The position numbers and the translations under genes were made by a program. Source: Hypanus sabinus (Eukaryota). From it: a stretch of DNA of 64,000 nucleotides. Within the stretch, counting starts at the first letter, position 1. Every line of letters starts with the position of its first letter. Below are positions 61,603 through 64,000 of the stretch, one piece after another. The stretch is from assembly GCF_030144855.1 (NCBI RefSeq), contig NW_026781503.1:124001-188000 (forward strand), in the 5' to 3' direction. The notes under the pieces are model-generated. The model ran no database searches. It worked only from the letters and a program-made list of their open reading frames with translations, and was not told the origin of the DNA.

Positions 61603-64000
61603 GGAGGCGCTACATGGAGTCGCTTTCCGGCTTTGCTCTATTCATTTTAAATTTACTTACCACCCCTTTAATATCTTTATCAAAGTGTTTATAACACTTT
61701 TATATATTTGAATTTGAATTTTAATCGACTAAAATGGCTTACAGAGGAAGAAAGGCATTAGCTGAAGGCAAGGAAACTGGCAATGGAAATGGGAAGAAAG
61801 AAGGTGTCTTTGAACAGCCTAAAAAGTTTCAACTTACTTTACAGGCTATCTCGATTCTTTTGGATGAAAAACTTGATAAAAGATTTACTACCTTGGAAGT
61901 ATGGCTAAAGGAGAGTGAAGGTAGGTTGGCAACAGTTGAAAAGAAGAACAAAAAACAGCAGCGAGAAATTTAATCGCTTATTACAGCTTGAAACAGAGAT
62001 CACAAATTGAATTCTTTGGAAAAGAAATTAACTTTGACCACTCATACATTGGAGCAGAATAAAGTCAAGATTATTGATTTGGACAGTCGAAGCCACAGAC
62101 TGAATTTGCGAATAATAGACACAGTGAGGACATTGAGAGCTGGGATCTTACTCATTTTTTTCTCAATTCTGAATGGAGGTCTTTGGCTCAGAGGTTTTTC
62201 TTCTCTTCCTGTACTCGACCGCGCACATCGGGCGCTGAAACCAAAACGATCGAAAGGGTTAAAACCGCGTCATGTAATTCTACGATGTCACAATGGGAAT
62301 ACTAAGGAGCTCTTCATTCCGATTGCTCATCAGAAAGGAGTTACTGAGCATCAGCATCTTAAGTTTCATTTTGTTGAAGATTTTTTGTCCTGAGGTTATG
62401 CAAGAAAGATTGCATTTTAAAATGGTGATGTCAGAATTATATCAGAGGAATCTTTGTCCAGCTTTGTTCTAACCATTTCACCTAAGGGTTGCTCTGCCCG
62501 ACAAATCATTCAAATGCTTTAAATCCGTGAATGAAGCAAAACAATTTCTCGAAGATCTAAGCTTGAACGCAGATGTCTAATGTTTTGAAGATCAATATTT
62601 GAGCGTGGATGTCTATGAAATTTACGGTTCCTTTATGTCTGTGTATCTGGTTTATTAATTAACAACCAGCTTATAGATTTGGACACTTTAGAACTTTGCC
62701 CTTGGGTTGATTACAGTCGCACTGTGTTTTGACGTACGGACGTTTATTATGTTTCCACGTTAACGTTCCTTTAATTTTTCCTTCATTGTTTTACTTTTTT
62801 TATTTTTAGTTGTTTGCTTTTGAAAATCATTAAGACGTTGATTTGCTGATTATTTCCTTTTTCTTGAAATATTATTAAAATTGTATTTTGTGTCATTTTT
62901 AAGACCTTTCCTTTTAAAATGGTCTGCAATTGGCTGTTTTTTCTCTAACATCTGCTTGACATTCCTCTCGTAATGTTTTGACAATGGGTGGTTTGTTTCT
63001 TATTTTTTTTATTTTGAGAGATTTGCCCTCAAGGGAGACAAGGGTAGGGAGGTTCTTAGATAGTTGTTTGGCTGTCTATTGGCCAGGTTTTTGGTCTTTG
63101 TGGTTTGGGGTGGGGGGGGTGGGTAGGGCTATTTTTAGTCTAGTATTTTTTTTGGGCTGAACTGAAACTACAAAAATGTCTGTATTGTCGTAACTTCCGT
63201 TTCCTCTTTAAACTATTTTCCCTCTTCCTGATTCGTGAGTTTCCTATGCAATATGGTTAACCCTTTACATACTACATTGTTTATTTAAGGAAAATGGATA
63301 TTCCTAATTAATTTTGTCATTATTAATATTGTTTCATGGAATACGAACGGTTTGAATCATCCAATTAAATGGAAGAATATTTTTTGAGTTTTTCATAGAC
63401 TGAATGTTCAGATTATTTTTTGCGCAGGAGACTCATCTGAGTAAGGAGGGTAATCAGCGCTTCCTTAGTTTTCGGAAAGGCCAACAGTTTCACTCTAACT
63501 CATCGACTAAGGTGAAAGGTGTTTCTTTTTTTTATAGACTCCTAGATTTCATTTGTTCACTATGATACAATTTCAGACCAATATGATAGACTTCTATTAA
63601 ACACCGGTTAACTTTATGACAATAAATTAGTTTTGGTTAATATTTATGCACTAAATACTGACTATACTGAATTTAAGCACTTTTTTGCATTTCTTCCCAA
63701 TTTATATGAATATATGGTAATAATGGGTAGAGATGTCTGAAACGTAAGTCTGTGCCTAATCAGGTACTTACAAACAAATCTGCTATTTTTATTAATTCCT
63801 TCTTAGTTGACTCTGGAATTTTAGAAATTAGGAGGTTTTTACATCCTAATGAAAAAGAGTTCTCTTTTTTCTCATGTATATCATAATTACTCTAGATTCC
63901 TTTACACCTTTATTGATTTTCGATTAGTTTCATTTGTCACTGCCTGTGAATATGATAACATTGCCATTTCCGATCATGCACCTTTGAAATGATCAGTTAA
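61603..64000 (+). mobile_element. L1-clade LINE, 5' part (ORF1 61734-~62580; ORF2 APE from ~63294), decayed, runs off window
   Basis: DLDSRSHRLNLRII and LDRAHRAL...PRHVILRCH (L1 ORF1p); IVSWNTNGLNHPIK, AQETHL, VNIYA, SDHAP (APE). Confidence 0.92.

Overview
Eukaryotic (vertebrate) genomic DNA. The repeat families and NLR type suggest a cartilaginous fish, probably a ray or skate (inference). There are two host genes. (1) A minus-strand, 9-coding-exon NLR immune receptor (CARD-like/death-fold N-terminus, FISNA-like segment, NACHT, RI-type LRRs, no B30.2). I reconstructed it exon by exon from 18971 down to 5685. It would encode 894 aa except for one extra A in an A7 homopolymer at 8601-8607. (2) A plus-strand KRAB-less C2H2 zinc-finger gene with 14 intact fingers and a CpG promoter at about 56.7 kb. 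Its finger array is cut by a Harbinger-like transposon, which is itself interrupted by an L1. The rest is mostly decayed CR1, Rex/Babar, Penelope, RTE-BovB, solo LTR, hAT and mariner elements, three minisatellite families and layered local segmental duplications. The most unusual non-coding signal is a ~300-bp module present five times between the two genes. Each copy has an RFX X-box-like palindrome directly abutting a PU.1-type GGAAGT site, and three copies add Ets-IRF-like and C/EBP-like sites. It is a candidate amplified immune enhancer. No CRISPR, rRNA or tRNA was found. Repeat boundaries are by eye and approximate.
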